Source of the DNA: Bacteroidaceae bacterium
Lineage (GTDB): Bacteria > Bacteroidota > Bacteroidia > Bacteroidales > Barnesiellaceae_A
DNA length: 64,000 nt
Direction of reading: 5' to 3'
NCBI GenBank assembly: GCA_017532725.1
Contig: JAFXIZ010000019.1
Coordinates: 6,525-70,524, forward strand
Under the pieces are notes generated by a model that did not search any database, was not told the origin of the DNA, and saw only the letters and a list, made by a program, of their open reading frames with translations. Shown one piece after another: positions 1 to 9,331 of this stretch. Every line of letters starts with the position of its first letter. Position 1 is the first letter of the stretch. The position numbers and the translations under genes were made by a program.

Positions 1-378
1 TTCAAAGAGAGTATTGACATATACCCCGAACAGTGGAACAAAACATCGTACAACCGATTTCGTGAACACGAAGATATGCATCGCAGTTTTGTCAGTTACT
101 ACGCCATAGTAACAGGCAAAGCCACACTGCGCAAGGTAGGCCGATATAACCGTACAAAAGGTGTGTTGGGAGCAGTTAAGGCACTCATAACCAACCGATT
201 TGCTGCCGACTCGCGTTGCATACCCTTGACAACCAAAGACTATCAGGCCGAAATGCGCAAGTACAATCCGTTGATGATATGTATGAACGACGGCGAAGGC
301 GCCACCGACAACGACCGCCACCGTATGGTCGCATTTCTCAACAATATCTTCCCCGACAAAAGTTCATTTGAGAAGTAA
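1..378 (+). CDS. hypothetical protein, C-terminal fragment (ORF open at the window's 5' edge)
   Basis: Frame 1 is open from nt 1 (FKESIDIYPEQWNK...) to TAA at 376-378. The Met at 76 in the ORF track is internal. No family recognised. Confidence 0.5.
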   Translation, partial: FKESIDIYPEQWNKTSYNRFREHEDMHRSFVSYYAIVTGKATLRKVGRYNRTKGVLGAVKALITNRFAADSRCIPLTTKDYQAEMRKYNPLMICMNDGEGATDNDRHRMVAFLNNIFPDKSSFEK

Positions 379-401
379 AAGCGAGATGGTAAATAATTAA
401 T

Positions 402-2909
402 GTGTTCAATTATACTCAAAATAACGTGATATATCCCGATAATTACGAACAGAAGATTGGCTTTGACCAGATACGAGGCATATTGCAGGGCTTGTGCTTG
501 AGCAATTTGGGTCGTGAGTTGGTGTGTGATATGGGTTTTATGACCGATTATGACACGATACTTGCGTTGCTGCATCGCACCGAGGAGATGGTGCGTATAG
601 AGAATGGCGATGAGGACTTTCCTACCGATTTCTTTTTCGATGTGCGCCCTATGCTTAAGCGTATAAGGGTTGAGGGTACGTTTATCGATGTTGCCGAGAT
701 GTTCGACTTGCGTCGTTCGCTCGAAACGATACGTCGATTGGTGTCGTTCTTCAAGAGTGCCGATGATGAGATGCCGTTGTATCCCTATCTGTCGGAGTTG
801 GCCGGCGATGTGGCTATGTATCCTCAACTGACAAAGGAGATAGACCTCATACTCGATAAGACGGGTGGAATACGCGATAATGCTTCGCCCGAGTTGCTGG
901 CTATACGACGCAGCCTTGCTGCTGCAATGTCGGGTATATCGCGCACGCTGAATGCTATATTGCGTAAGGCGCAGAGTGATGGTTATGTTGAGAAGGATGT
1001 TGCCCCTACGGTGCGCGATGGCCGTTTGGTAATACCTGTGCTGCCTACATTCAAACGCAAGATACAGGGTATTGTACACGATGAGTCGGCAAGTGGTAAG
1101 ACTGTGTATATAGAGCCTGCCGAGGTTGTCGCTGCCAATAATCATATTCGTGAGTTGGAGATTGAGGAGCGTCGCGAGATTGTGCGCATCCTCACTGCCT
1201 TTACCGACAAGTTGCGTCCGTACGCCGAGGAGATTGCGCTGTCGTATGACTTCCTTGCCGAAATCGATTTTATTCGTGCCAAGGCGTTGTTTGCAATAGA
1301 TATAAATGCTACGTTGCCTCACGTCGAGCGCGACTGTCAGGTGGAGTGGTATCACGCCATACATCCCCTACTCTTGCTCACATTGCGTCGCCAGCACAAA
1401 GCCATTGTTCCTCTCGATATTATGCTCGATGAGCGTAATCGCATCTTGCTCATATCGGGGCCGAATGCCGGTGGTAAATCGGTGTGCCTAAAGACTGTGG
1501 GACTGTTGCAGTATATGATGCAGTGTGGATTGTTGGTGCCTATGTATGACAACTCGCATATGGGTATATTCGACAGTATATTTATAGACATAGGCGATGA
1601 GCAGTCTATCGAGGACGATTTGAGTACATATAGTTCGCACTTGTCGCATATGAAGCAGTGTGTGCGACATTGCAATGAACACTCGTTGTTGCTTATCGAT
1701 GAGTTTGGTGGAGGTACCGAGCCTCAAATCGGTGGCGCGATAGCCGAGGCGTTGCTCGATAGGTTCAATCGTCGTAAGTCGTTTGGCGTTATTACCACGC
1801 ACTACCAAAATCTTAAACACTTTGCCGAGAATACGCCCGGAATAGTCAATGGAGCAATGCTCTACGACCGTCATAATATGCAACCTCTCTTTACGCTGTC
1901 GATAGGTAACCCCGGCAGTTCGTTTGCAGTAGAGATAGCCCGTAAGATAGGACTCCCCGAGGATATTATTGCCGATGCGTCGGAAAAGGTTGGTAGCGAC
2001 TATATTTCGATGGATAAGTATCTGCAAGATATCGTGCGCGATAAGCGATATTGGGAGAACAAACGCCAGAATATTCGCCAAAAGGAGAAGCAATTGGAGG
2101 AACTAACCGAGCGATATACACAGAATCTTGAACGCCTCGACCGTGAGCGTAAGGAGTGGCTTGCCAAGGCGAAGGATGAAGCGCGTGCCTTGCTGTCCGA
2201 TACCAATACCCGTATTGAGAGTACTATTAAGGAGATACGCGAGGCTCAAGCCGACAAGGAGCGCACCAAGGAGGCGCGCAAGAGACTCGATGAGTTTAAG
2301 AAACAGGTTATTGCCGAGGATGTGGCTGCTGCCGAGGAGGATAAGATACAGCGCGAGATACGCAAACTCAAGGAACGAGAGTTGCGTAAACAGCAGAAAC
2401 GCAATCAGCCTACGGTGGAAAAGAGCGAGCCTGTACTGACCATTGTCGTAGGCGATGCTGTCCGTATAAAGGGGCAAAATGCTGTAGGCGAGGTTATTGC
2501 GCTGACCGACCGTGAAGCGACTGTTGCCTTCGGTATGGTACAATCGAAGATAAAGCGTGACCGATTGGAAAAAGTGGGTCGCAACCAACTCAAGCGCGAA
2601 ACGGCGCGTAAGTCAACCTTTATAAGTGCTGCTACAACCGATGATATGCGCGAAAAGCAACTTACCTTTACCAATGAAATAGATGTGCGAGGTATGAGGG
2701 TCGATGAGGCTCTGCAAGCCATTACCTATTTTGTCGATGATGCCATACAAGTGAGTTGTGGCCGTGTGCGCATATTGCACGGTACGGGAACGGGTGCATT
2801 GCGTGTTGCCATACGTCAGTATCTCAAGACGGTTAAGGGTGTTACACACTTTGCCGATGAGCATATACAACTTGGTGGTGCCGGTATTACAGTGGTTGAC
2901 TTGGAGTAA
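402..2909 (+). CDS. mutS2: endonuclease MutS2 (MutS domain V ATPase + C-terminal Smr domain)
   Basis: Walker A LISGPNAGGKSVCLKTVG, a long coiled-coil Lys/Glu region, and a C-terminal Smr domain (IDVRGMRVDEAL...RILHGTGTGALR). The track start is GTG at 402. GTG at 426 would give MIYPDNYEQKIGF, the usual family N-terminus. Confidence 0.95.
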   Translation: MFNYTQNNVIYPDNYEQKIGFDQIRGILQGLCLSNLGRELVCDMGFMTDYDTILALLHRTEEMVRIENGDEDFPTDFFFDVRPMLKRIRVEGTFIDVAEMFDLRRSLETIRRLVSFFKSADDEMPLYPYLSELAGDVAMYPQLTKEIDLILDKTGGIRDNASPELLAIRRSLAAAMSGISRTLNAILRKAQSDGYVEKDVAPTVRDGRLVIPVLPTFKRKIQGIVHDESASGKTVYIEPAEVVAANNHIRELEIEERREIVRILTAFTDKLRPYAEEIALSYDFLAEIDFIRAKALFAIDINATLPHVERDCQVEWYHAIHPLLLLTLRRQHKAIVPLDIMLDERNRILLISGPNAGGKSVCLKTVGLLQYMMQCGLLVPMYDNSHMGIFDSIFIDIGDEQSIEDDLSTYSSHLSHMKQCVRHCNEHSLLLIDEFGGGTEPQIGGAIAEALLDRFNRRKSFGVITTHYQNLKHFAENTPGIVNGAMLYDRHNMQPLFTLSIGNPGSSFAVEIARKIGLPEDIIADASEKVGSDYISMDKYLQDIVRDKRYWENKRQNIRQKEKQLEELTERYTQNLERLDRERKEWLAKAKDEARALLSDTNTRIESTIKEIREAQADKERTKEARKRLDEFKKQVIAEDVAAAEEDKIQREIRKLKERELRKQQKRNQPTVEKSEPVLTIVVGDAVRIKGQNAVGEVIALTDREATVAFGMVQSKIKRDRLEKVGRNQLKRETARKSTFISAATTDDMREKQLTFTNEIDVRGMRVDEALQAITYFVDDAIQVSCGRVRILHGTGTGALRVAIRQYLKTVKGVTHFADEHIQLGGAGITVVDLE

Positions 2910-2938
2910 AGAGCGTAGTGCTTGGCGTTGATGCAGCC

Positions 2939-3667
2939 TTAATCATTCTGTGTTAATGCCTTGATGGCTTGCTGGCAACTGTTCTCTACCACTCCCGATG
3001 ATTCGTAACGCTGTTCTACAACTTGCCAATCGATAATATCCCATAGCGCATTTATATAGTCGCTGCGACGGTTGCGATAGTCAATATAATAGGCGTGTTC
3101 CCACACATCAATGCCCAATAAGGGGGTAAGCCCCTTTGTTACAGGATTACCTCCATTGGCCTCTTGTATGATATACAATGTACCTTCGTGGTCGGTTGCC
3201 AGCCATATCCACCCCGACCCAAACAGTTCGCTGCCACTCTTGCTAAACTCCCTCTTGAAATTATCGAAACTCCCCCACCGGCTGTATATGGCATCGGCCA
3301 AAATACCTTGTGGTGGGTTGCTGCCTTGTGGCGCAAATTGTGTGAAGTAGAGATTGTGATTCAACAATTGCCCTGCATTATTGAATATGGCACTGTCGTA
3401 TATTGAACTGTCAGCAGCGATAACTATCTGTGTAAGCGACATTCTTGCGTAGGGAGTAGCCGATATAAGTCGGTTCAGATTATCGACATATCCTTTGAGG
3501 TGCTTGCCGTGATGAATCTCTATCGCTTCTTGGCTTAATGCCGGCTCAAGTGCATCGGTTGGGTAAGGTAGAGATATAAGTTCAAACATCGGAGCGTTTG
3601 TAATGCTATCGATACTGCCTGTTGTCAGGGCTGTAAGTAATATGAAACAGATGTTGAGTATTGCCAT
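2939..3667 (-). CDS. sodB: Fe/Mn superoxide dismutase
   Basis: Motifs IEIHHGKHLKGYV and DVWEHAYYIDYRNRR. ATG at 3667 adds a 26-aa hydrophobic N-terminal extension. Internal ATG at 3589 (MFELISLPYP...) matches the canonical SOD N-terminus. Confidence 0.93.
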   Translation of the reverse strand: MAILNICFILLTALTTGSIDSITNAPMFELISLPYPTDALEPALSQEAIEIHHGKHLKGYVDNLNRLISATPYARMSLTQIVIAADSSIYDSAIFNNAGQLLNHNLYFTQFAPQGSNPPQGILADAIYSRWGSFDNFKREFSKSGSELFGSGWIWLATDHEGTLYIIQEANGGNPVTKGLTPLLGIDVWEHAYYIDYRNRRSDYINALWDIIDWQVVEQRYESSGVVENSCQQAIKALTQND

Positions 3668-4065
3668 AATTGTTCGGTGAAATATTTTTTATAACAATCT
3701 TTTCTTGCCGAATGTTTGTGAGGGTTGCTACATTATAATAATTTTGCCTGCTATTAGTTGTGCTGATTGCTCTGAAATATGTTTAAAAACATAATAATTA
3801 ATAGTCGGCAAATTTGCGTATTTAAATAAATGTGATACGCGCTTAATTTTCGTTTTGGAAAACTTTTTTACTTTTTGGTAAAATCAAGTCATTGAAATAC
3901 AGGTGTTTGTATTTCAAAAGTGGAAACTTTTGTTTTATATGTCGAAAAAATAGTGACAAAAAAGTGATGAGGATTGAAATATTTTATGTAAACTTGCACT
4001 GCAATTTTGGAAACACCAAAACCATTCTGTAATACATTTTATTAACGATTTATAAATTAAGAGTA

Positions 4066-6642
4066 GTGGAACATAAAACGTACACTTACGATGAGGCTTT
4101 TGCCGCATCACTCGAATACTTCAAAGGCGATGAACTTGCAGCCCGTGTATGGGTAAACAAATATGCCTTGAAAGATTCGTTTGGAAATATCTATGAAAAG
4201 ACACCCGATGATATGCATTGGCGTTTGGCCAACGAAATAGCACGCATCGAGCAGAAGTACAACAATCCTATGTCGGCGCAAGAACTATTCGAGTTGATGT
4301 CCGAATTTAAATACATCGTACCTCAAGGCAGCCCTATGACCGGTATTGGTAATGACTTCCAAATAGGCTCATTGTCCAACTGCTTTGTTGTAGGCCTTAC
4401 AGGCGAACCCGATTCTTACGGTGGTATTATTAAGATTGATGAAGAGCAAGTGCAGTTGATGAAACGCCGTGGTGGTGTAGGTCACGACCTCTCGCACATC
4501 CGTCCCAAAGGCTCGCCGGTGAAGAACTCGGCTCTCACCTCTACAGGACTTGTTCCTTTTATGGAGCGTTTCTCTAACTCTACTCGTGAGGTGGCTCAAG
4601 ACGGCCGTCGTGGCGCATTGATGCTTACTGTATCTATTAAGCACCCCGACTCGGAAGCATTCATCGATGCCAAGATGACCGAGGGTAAGGTAACAGGTGC
4701 AAACGTGTCGGTTAAGATCGATGATAAGTTTATGGAGGCTGCCGTATCGGGTGAACCTTATGTACAACAATACCCTATCGATGCAGCCAACCCCATTTTT
4801 ACAAAAGAGGTAAATGCTCGTGAAATATGGCGTAAGATTGTGCATAATGCTTGGAAATCGGCCGAGCCCGGTGTATTGTTCTGGGATACCATTACACGCG
4901 AGTCGGTTCCCGATTGTTATGCCGATCTTGGTTTCAAAACCGTATCGACCAACCCTTGTGGCGAGATACCTTTGTGTCCCTACGACAGTTGTCGCTTGTT
5001 GGCTGTCAACCTCTACTCTTATGTTGTAAATCCGTTTACTCCCGAAGCATACTTCGACTTTGACTTGTTCCGTTCGCACATCGCCAAGGCTCAACGCATT
5101 ATGGATGATATTATCGATCTCGAAATGGAGAAAATCGAGAAGATTATCGAAAAGATTGCTGCCGACCCCGAAACCGATGAGGTGAAACACACCGAGTTGA
5201 ACTTGTGGAACAAGATACGCACTCGCACCCTGCAAGGTCGTCGTACTGGTGTAGGTACTACTGCCGAAGGCGATATGATTGCCTCACTCGGCCTTCGTTA
5301 TGGTACTGAAGAGGCTACTGCAATGTCGGAGAAGGTGCATCGCACTCTTGCTCTTGCGGCTTATCGTTCGTCGGTAGAGTTGGCACGTGAGCGTGGTGCT
5401 TTCGAGATATTTGATGCTAAACGCGAGCAAAACAACCCCTTCATCAACCGACTCAAAGATGCCGATCCCGAGTTGTACGAATTGATGCAAAAATATGGAC
5501 GTCGCAACATTGCTTGTCTTACCATTGCTCCCACAGGTACAACAAGCCTTATGACACAAACAACATCGGGTATCGAGCCTGTGTTCTTGCCCGTATATAA
5601 ACGTCGTCGCAAGGTCAACCCCAACGATCCCGACTCACATCCCGACTTCTGGGACGAAAACGGCGATGCCTTTGAAGAGTATATTGTATATCATCATAAA
5701 TTCCTCACTTGGATGAAAGCCAACGGATATGATGAGAACAAAAAATACACCCAAGAGGAGATTGATGAACTTGTTGCCAAGTCGCCCTACTACAAGGCTA
5801 CATCGAACGATGTTGATTGGTTGCACAAGGTGCGTATGCAAGGTCGCGTGCAAAAGTGGGTTGACCACTCAATCAGTGTGACTATCAACTTGCCTAATGA
5901 TGTAAGCGAAGAACTTGTAAACGAACTCTATGTTGAGGCTTGGCGTTCGGGCTGTAAGGGATGTACCGTATATCGCGACGGCTCACGTTCGGGTGTGCTT
6001 ATATCGGTAAGCAAGGAGAAAGAGGAGAAAGAGAAACGCAAAGCCGCCGAGGCTGCTGCCGCCGTTGCTGCTCCTGTAATGGACCAACCTGTTATTGCAC
6101 ACAAACGTCCTATTGAGTTGGAAGCCGATGTAGTTCGTTTCCAAAACAATAAGGAGAAATGGATTGCCTTCGTGGGACTTCTCGACGGAAAACCTTACGA
6201 AATCTTTACCGGTCTTGCCGATGATGAAGATGGTATCTTCTGCCCCAAGAATGTAACCAAAGGTAAGATTATCAAGGCTGTTGATGCCGACGGTAACAAA
6301 CGCTACGACTTCCAATTTGTCAACAAACGTGGTTACAAGACAACAATCGAGGGCTTGTCAGACAAGTTTAATCCCGAGTATTGGAACTATGCAAAACTTA
6401 TTTCGGGCGTGTTGCGTTACGGTATGCCTATTGACCAAGTGATGAAACTTGTAGGTAGTCTTGAACTCGATAGCCAAACAATCAATACTTGGAAGAACGG
6501 TGTTGAACGAGCCTTGAAGAAATACTTGCCCAATGGTACGCAAGCAAGTGGACAAACTTGTCCCAACTGCAAGCAAGAGAGCCTTATCTATCAAGAAGGT
6601 TGTCTTATCTGTACCAACTGTGGAACATCGCGCTGTGGATAA
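4066..6642 (+). CDS. nrdJ: adenosylcobalamin-dependent (class II) ribonucleotide reductase
   Basis: 858 aa with no ATP-cone. Active-site STNPCGEIPL and a C-terminal Cys-rich tail (CPNCK...CLICTNCGTSRCG). GTG start: no in-frame ATG lies between the upstream TAA (4030-4032) and 4066. Confidence 0.92.
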   Translation: MEHKTYTYDEAFAASLEYFKGDELAARVWVNKYALKDSFGNIYEKTPDDMHWRLANEIARIEQKYNNPMSAQELFELMSEFKYIVPQGSPMTGIGNDFQIGSLSNCFVVGLTGEPDSYGGIIKIDEEQVQLMKRRGGVGHDLSHIRPKGSPVKNSALTSTGLVPFMERFSNSTREVAQDGRRGALMLTVSIKHPDSEAFIDAKMTEGKVTGANVSVKIDDKFMEAAVSGEPYVQQYPIDAANPIFTKEVNAREIWRKIVHNAWKSAEPGVLFWDTITRESVPDCYADLGFKTVSTNPCGEIPLCPYDSCRLLAVNLYSYVVNPFTPEAYFDFDLFRSHIAKAQRIMDDIIDLEMEKIEKIIEKIAADPETDEVKHTELNLWNKIRTRTLQGRRTGVGTTAEGDMIASLGLRYGTEEATAMSEKVHRTLALAAYRSSVELARERGAFEIFDAKREQNNPFINRLKDADPELYELMQKYGRRNIACLTIAPTGTTSLMTQTTSGIEPVFLPVYKRRRKVNPNDPDSHPDFWDENGDAFEEYIVYHHKFLTWMKANGYDENKKYTQEEIDELVAKSPYYKATSNDVDWLHKVRMQGRVQKWVDHSISVTINLPNDVSEELVNELYVEAWRSGCKGCTVYRDGSRSGVLISVSKEKEEKEKRKAAEAAAAVAAPVMDQPVIAHKRPIELEADVVRFQNNKEKWIAFVGLLDGKPYEIFTGLADDEDGIFCPKNVTKGKIIKAVDADGNKRYDFQFVNKRGYKTTIEGLSDKFNPEYWNYAKLISGVLRYGMPIDQVMKLVGSLELDSQTINTWKNGVERALKKYLPNGTQASGQTCPNCKQESLIYQEGCLICTNCGTSRCG

Positions 6643-6663
6643 TCACAATTATTGTTTATTTTT

Positions 6664-6703
6664 AAAATGTCGGTCGTTTTCTATGAATGACCGACATTTT
6701 TTT
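6664..6703 (+). terminator. rho-independent terminator of nrdJ
   Basis: Perfect 12-bp stem, aaaatgtcggtc (6664-6675) / gaccgacatttt (6689-6700), followed by a T-run. Confidence 0.7.
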
Positions 6704-6850
6704 ATTGAGTAAACTATAGTGCCTCTCTATATTGTAAAAGTTATTTTTAATTTCAAATTTTATTGCTAATAACCCTATGATAAGGGGGTTACAACACCTG
6801 TTGTTTTACTTGTAATTATTTATAGCGATAAATATAAAATATGCGACATT

Positions 6851-6880
6851 AACAAATATTAATAATAATTAATATTTGTT
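6851..6880. repeat. perfect 13-bp inverted repeat (AACAAATATTAAT-aata-ATTAATATTTGTT) upstream of the pilus operon
   Basis: Arms at 6851-6863 and 6868-6880 are exact reverse complements. The right arm overlaps the candidate -33 TTTG. Confidence 0.8.
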
Positions 6881-6910
6881 GGGGGGTAATTTCTCTTATT
6901 CATAAATTTG
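6875..6910 (+). promoter_or_regulatory. candidate Bacteroidetes sigma-A promoter of the pilus operon (-33 TTTG / -7 TAAATTTG)
   Basis: TAAATTTG at 6903-6910 fits TAnnTTTG and TTTG sits at 6875-6878. The spacer is 24 nt, longer than the usual ~19-21, and contains a G6 run (6881-6886). Confidence 0.35.
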
Positions 6911-6969
6911 CGATTCGACTGCTTTGCTGATGAGAGGTGGTATTTTATCAAAAAGGACCTTGTTATAAA

Positions 6970-8262
6970 ATGAAGAAAATAGGTGTCATATTATTTCTTC
7001 TACTTGTATGTGTAGGTAACTTGTGTGCGCAGGACAATTATGATGCTTGTGCTGTATCTACTGTTACTGACAATTATCCTGCTATTGCGACCTCTGATAC
7101 TTCTCACTCAATGATAGGAGCCGAGGTGCATTTCAGGCTCGACAACTATATACTCGACCTTGAATATATGGGTAATCGAGTTTCTCTGAAAAATCTTAAA
7201 CATAAAATAGATTCGATAGGAGTAGAACTTATTGACTCCATAGTAATATGTTCGCAATCATCGCCCGAGGGTGTATGGGAACACAACATACAATTATCGA
7301 AAAATCGCGCTCGTGCAATGCGACGTTACATTGACAAGAATTGTACAGAGTGGGCATCGCTTGTGACAGTGTATCCCGATGGAGAGTCGTGGTTACAGTT
7401 GCGTGAATATGTGATAACCGACACGCTAATGAAAAATAGTACTATCGACAAGGTCTTAAAGGTCATTGATTCTGATGTGAATATGGGTACCAAAAAATGG
7501 CGTATGAAGCAGTTGCCGGTTTATAGGTATTTGCTTGCAACCTACTATCCACGTATTCGTAACTCGATGGTGTGCATCATATATCACTCGAAAAAAACGC
7601 CTGCTGTATCGACACAGCCCCTACCCTTGCCACTTATGGTGGGTAATGTAATGCAAGTACCTGTGGTGCCACCTATATGCCCCAATGTTGATGCTATAGA
7701 AACATTGCTACCCGATGCGTGGATGCCACACTTCTATATAAAAACAAATCTTGCTGCTTGGGGATTGGCTATCAGTAATATTGCCGTAGAGGCAGATGTT
7801 GCACCACACTGGTCTGTAGCATTACCTGTATATTATTCGGCTTGGGATTATTTTCGTGAAACTGTGAAATTCCGAACTTTTGCTATACAACCCGAGGCTC
7901 GTTATTGGCTTAATAGGGATAATGTAGGCTTCTTTGCCGGTGCGCATCTTGGAATGATATACTACAACTTTGCATTCAACGGCGATTTGAGATACCAAGA
8001 CCACAATGGCTGCTCGCCTGCTTGGGGTGGTGGTATTTCATTGGGTTATAGAACTCATATCGATAAAAATAAGCATTGGCACGCCGAGTTTGCAGTTGGT
8101 GCTGGTGCATACAGTCTGTATTATGATACATTCTATAATACACCGATGACGAAGTATGGTGTTATGACAGGAACTCATAAAGATGTTTATTGGGGTATCG
8201 ATCAAGTGGCGATTACGATTTCATATCGTTTCGATCTTTTGAAGAAAGGAGGTATGCAATGA
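6970..8262 (+). CDS. pilus-locus outer-membrane protein (OmpA-like N-terminal motif + DUF3575-like C-terminal beta-barrel region)
   Basis: Signal peptide MKKIGVILFLLLVCVGNLCAQ. OmpA-like NIQLSKNRARAMRRYI. The aromatic/Gly-rich C-terminal half (YIKTNLAAWGL...FAIQPEARYW...ISYRF) is typical of DUF3575 proteins that head Bacteroidales fimbrial loci. ATG at 6970 is preferred over the track start at 6937. Confidence 0.7.
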   Translation: MKKIGVILFLLLVCVGNLCAQDNYDACAVSTVTDNYPAIATSDTSHSMIGAEVHFRLDNYILDLEYMGNRVSLKNLKHKIDSIGVELIDSIVICSQSSPEGVWEHNIQLSKNRARAMRRYIDKNCTEWASLVTVYPDGESWLQLREYVITDTLMKNSTIDKVLKVIDSDVNMGTKKWRMKQLPVYRYLLATYYPRIRNSMVCIIYHSKKTPAVSTQPLPLPLMVGNVMQVPVVPPICPNVDAIETLLPDAWMPHFYIKTNLAAWGLAISNIAVEADVAPHWSVALPVYYSAWDYFRETVKFRTFAIQPEARYWLNRDNVGFFAGAHLGMIYYNFAFNGDLRYQDHNGCSPAWGGGISLGYRTHIDKNKHWHAEFAVGAGAYSLYYDTFYNTPMTKYGVMTGTHKDVYWGIDQVAITISYRFDLLKKGGMQ

Positions 8263-9320
8263 GAAAGATTGTGTGCTTGGTATTTTTTATGTCGATATTG
8301 CTTGTTACTTCTTGTGATGTACACCAATGGCCTGTGAAACCTGATTATGTAAAGTGTCATCTTCGACTTAACTATGAAACCGATATAACCGAATGGAATT
8401 ACTTGTGCAATGAAACAGAGGTTGTTGAACAAGGGTATGGTGAAACATACGATAATCATCGTGAATATGGAAAGATAAGATACATTGTTCGTACATATCC
8501 CATATTGGATAAACAACGAACAACGTCGGATTATACCCAAGAGTTTGTTTTTACTAAAGATATAGCCGATGGTTATGACCACGAGGTCACGATCAACTTA
8601 TTGCCCGGCAATTATAATGTAATGGTGTGGTCGGACTTGGTGCCGTCGAATGGAGATGTCTATTACCACGATGCCACCAACTTTGCCGAGATAAAGTTGC
8701 TTGGCAATCACAGTGGTAGTAATGATTATAGAGATGCATTCAGGGGAACGGGTGAAGTATCCGTTGTTGCAGATATTGTAGAGTATCTACCCGATACATT
8801 GGATATTGTGATGCAGCGACCTCTTGCCAAGTATGAGTTTGTTACAAATGATGTGGCCGATTTTCTCGACAAGGAGGCAATTCGTGAGGCATCAAAGTTC
8901 AACGGTAGCAATGGAACTTCAACCGATGATAACACGACAAGAGTTGTAGATATAGAGGAATATAAGGTGGTATTCTATTATATAGGCTTTATGCCCGATA
9001 CTTACAGCCTAAATACCGATAAGCCTATCGATTCGTCGACAGGAGTGATGTTTACTACTTCATTGAAGAAATTAAACGAGTCGGAAGCAAGCATAGGATT
9101 TGATTATGTGTTTGTAAACGGTAAGAAATCGGCTGTAACAGTGCAGATAGGTATCTATAATAATGAGGGGGTACAAGTATCGTTGACAGATCCGATAGAA
9201 GTGCCACTTAAACGCAGTTACCATACTATATTGAAAGGTACGTTCCTGACAATGGAAGCCGCCGGTGGTGTTGCTATTAATCCCGACTTTGAGGGAGAGC
9301 ACAATTTGATTTTTCCATAA
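8259..9320 (+). CDS. FimB/Mfa2-like pilus anchor lipoprotein
   Basis: Lipobox LLVTSC (Cys19), with no conserved Arg cleavage motif after the first strand. Second position in the pilus operon. ATGA start/stop overlap with the upstream gene at 8259-8262. Confidence 0.6.
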   Translation: MRKIVCLVFFMSILLVTSCDVHQWPVKPDYVKCHLRLNYETDITEWNYLCNETEVVEQGYGETYDNHREYGKIRYIVRTYPILDKQRTTSDYTQEFVFTKDIADGYDHEVTINLLPGNYNVMVWSDLVPSNGDVYYHDATNFAEIKLLGNHSGSNDYRDAFRGTGEVSVVADIVEYLPDTLDIVMQRPLAKYEFVTNDVADFLDKEAIREASKFNGSNGTSTDDNTTRVVDIEEYKVVFYYIGFMPDTYSLNTDKPIDSSTGVMFTTSLKKLNESEASIGFDYVFVNGKKSAVTVQIGIYNNEGVQVSLTDPIEVPLKRSYHTILKGTFLTMEAAGGVAINPDFEGEHNLIFP

Positions 9321-9331
9321 TAGATAAGAAA

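Noticed and set aside
76-378. A 100-aa complete ORF starting at Met 76.
   Set aside because: The frame is open back to nt 1, so this is the C-terminal part of a gene that starts upstream of the window.
243-1364. A long antisense ORF (373 aa) opposite mutS2. Similar long antisense ORFs lie at 4369..5235, 37529..38446, 54308..55222, 56950..57891 and 62239..63351.
   Set aside because: Each lies fully inside, and antisense to, a gene with unambiguous family motifs. Their translations are low-complexity (rich in I, L, R, H, Y, C), with no motifs. They are typical shadow ORFs produced by the codon bias of the real gene.
3668-4065. A cobalamin riboswitch or NrdR boxes upstream of nrdJ.
   Set aside because: I could find no B12-box-like GCCACTG core and no NrdR-box palindromes. 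The region is mostly AT-rich with one simple hairpin. It is kept only as a low-interest observation.
6643-6969. An invertible (phase-variable) promoter upstream of the pilus operon.
   Set aside because: The only strong inverted repeat is a contiguous 30-nt palindrome, not a pair of repeats flanking a 150-300 bp segment. No site-specific recombinase gene lies nearby.
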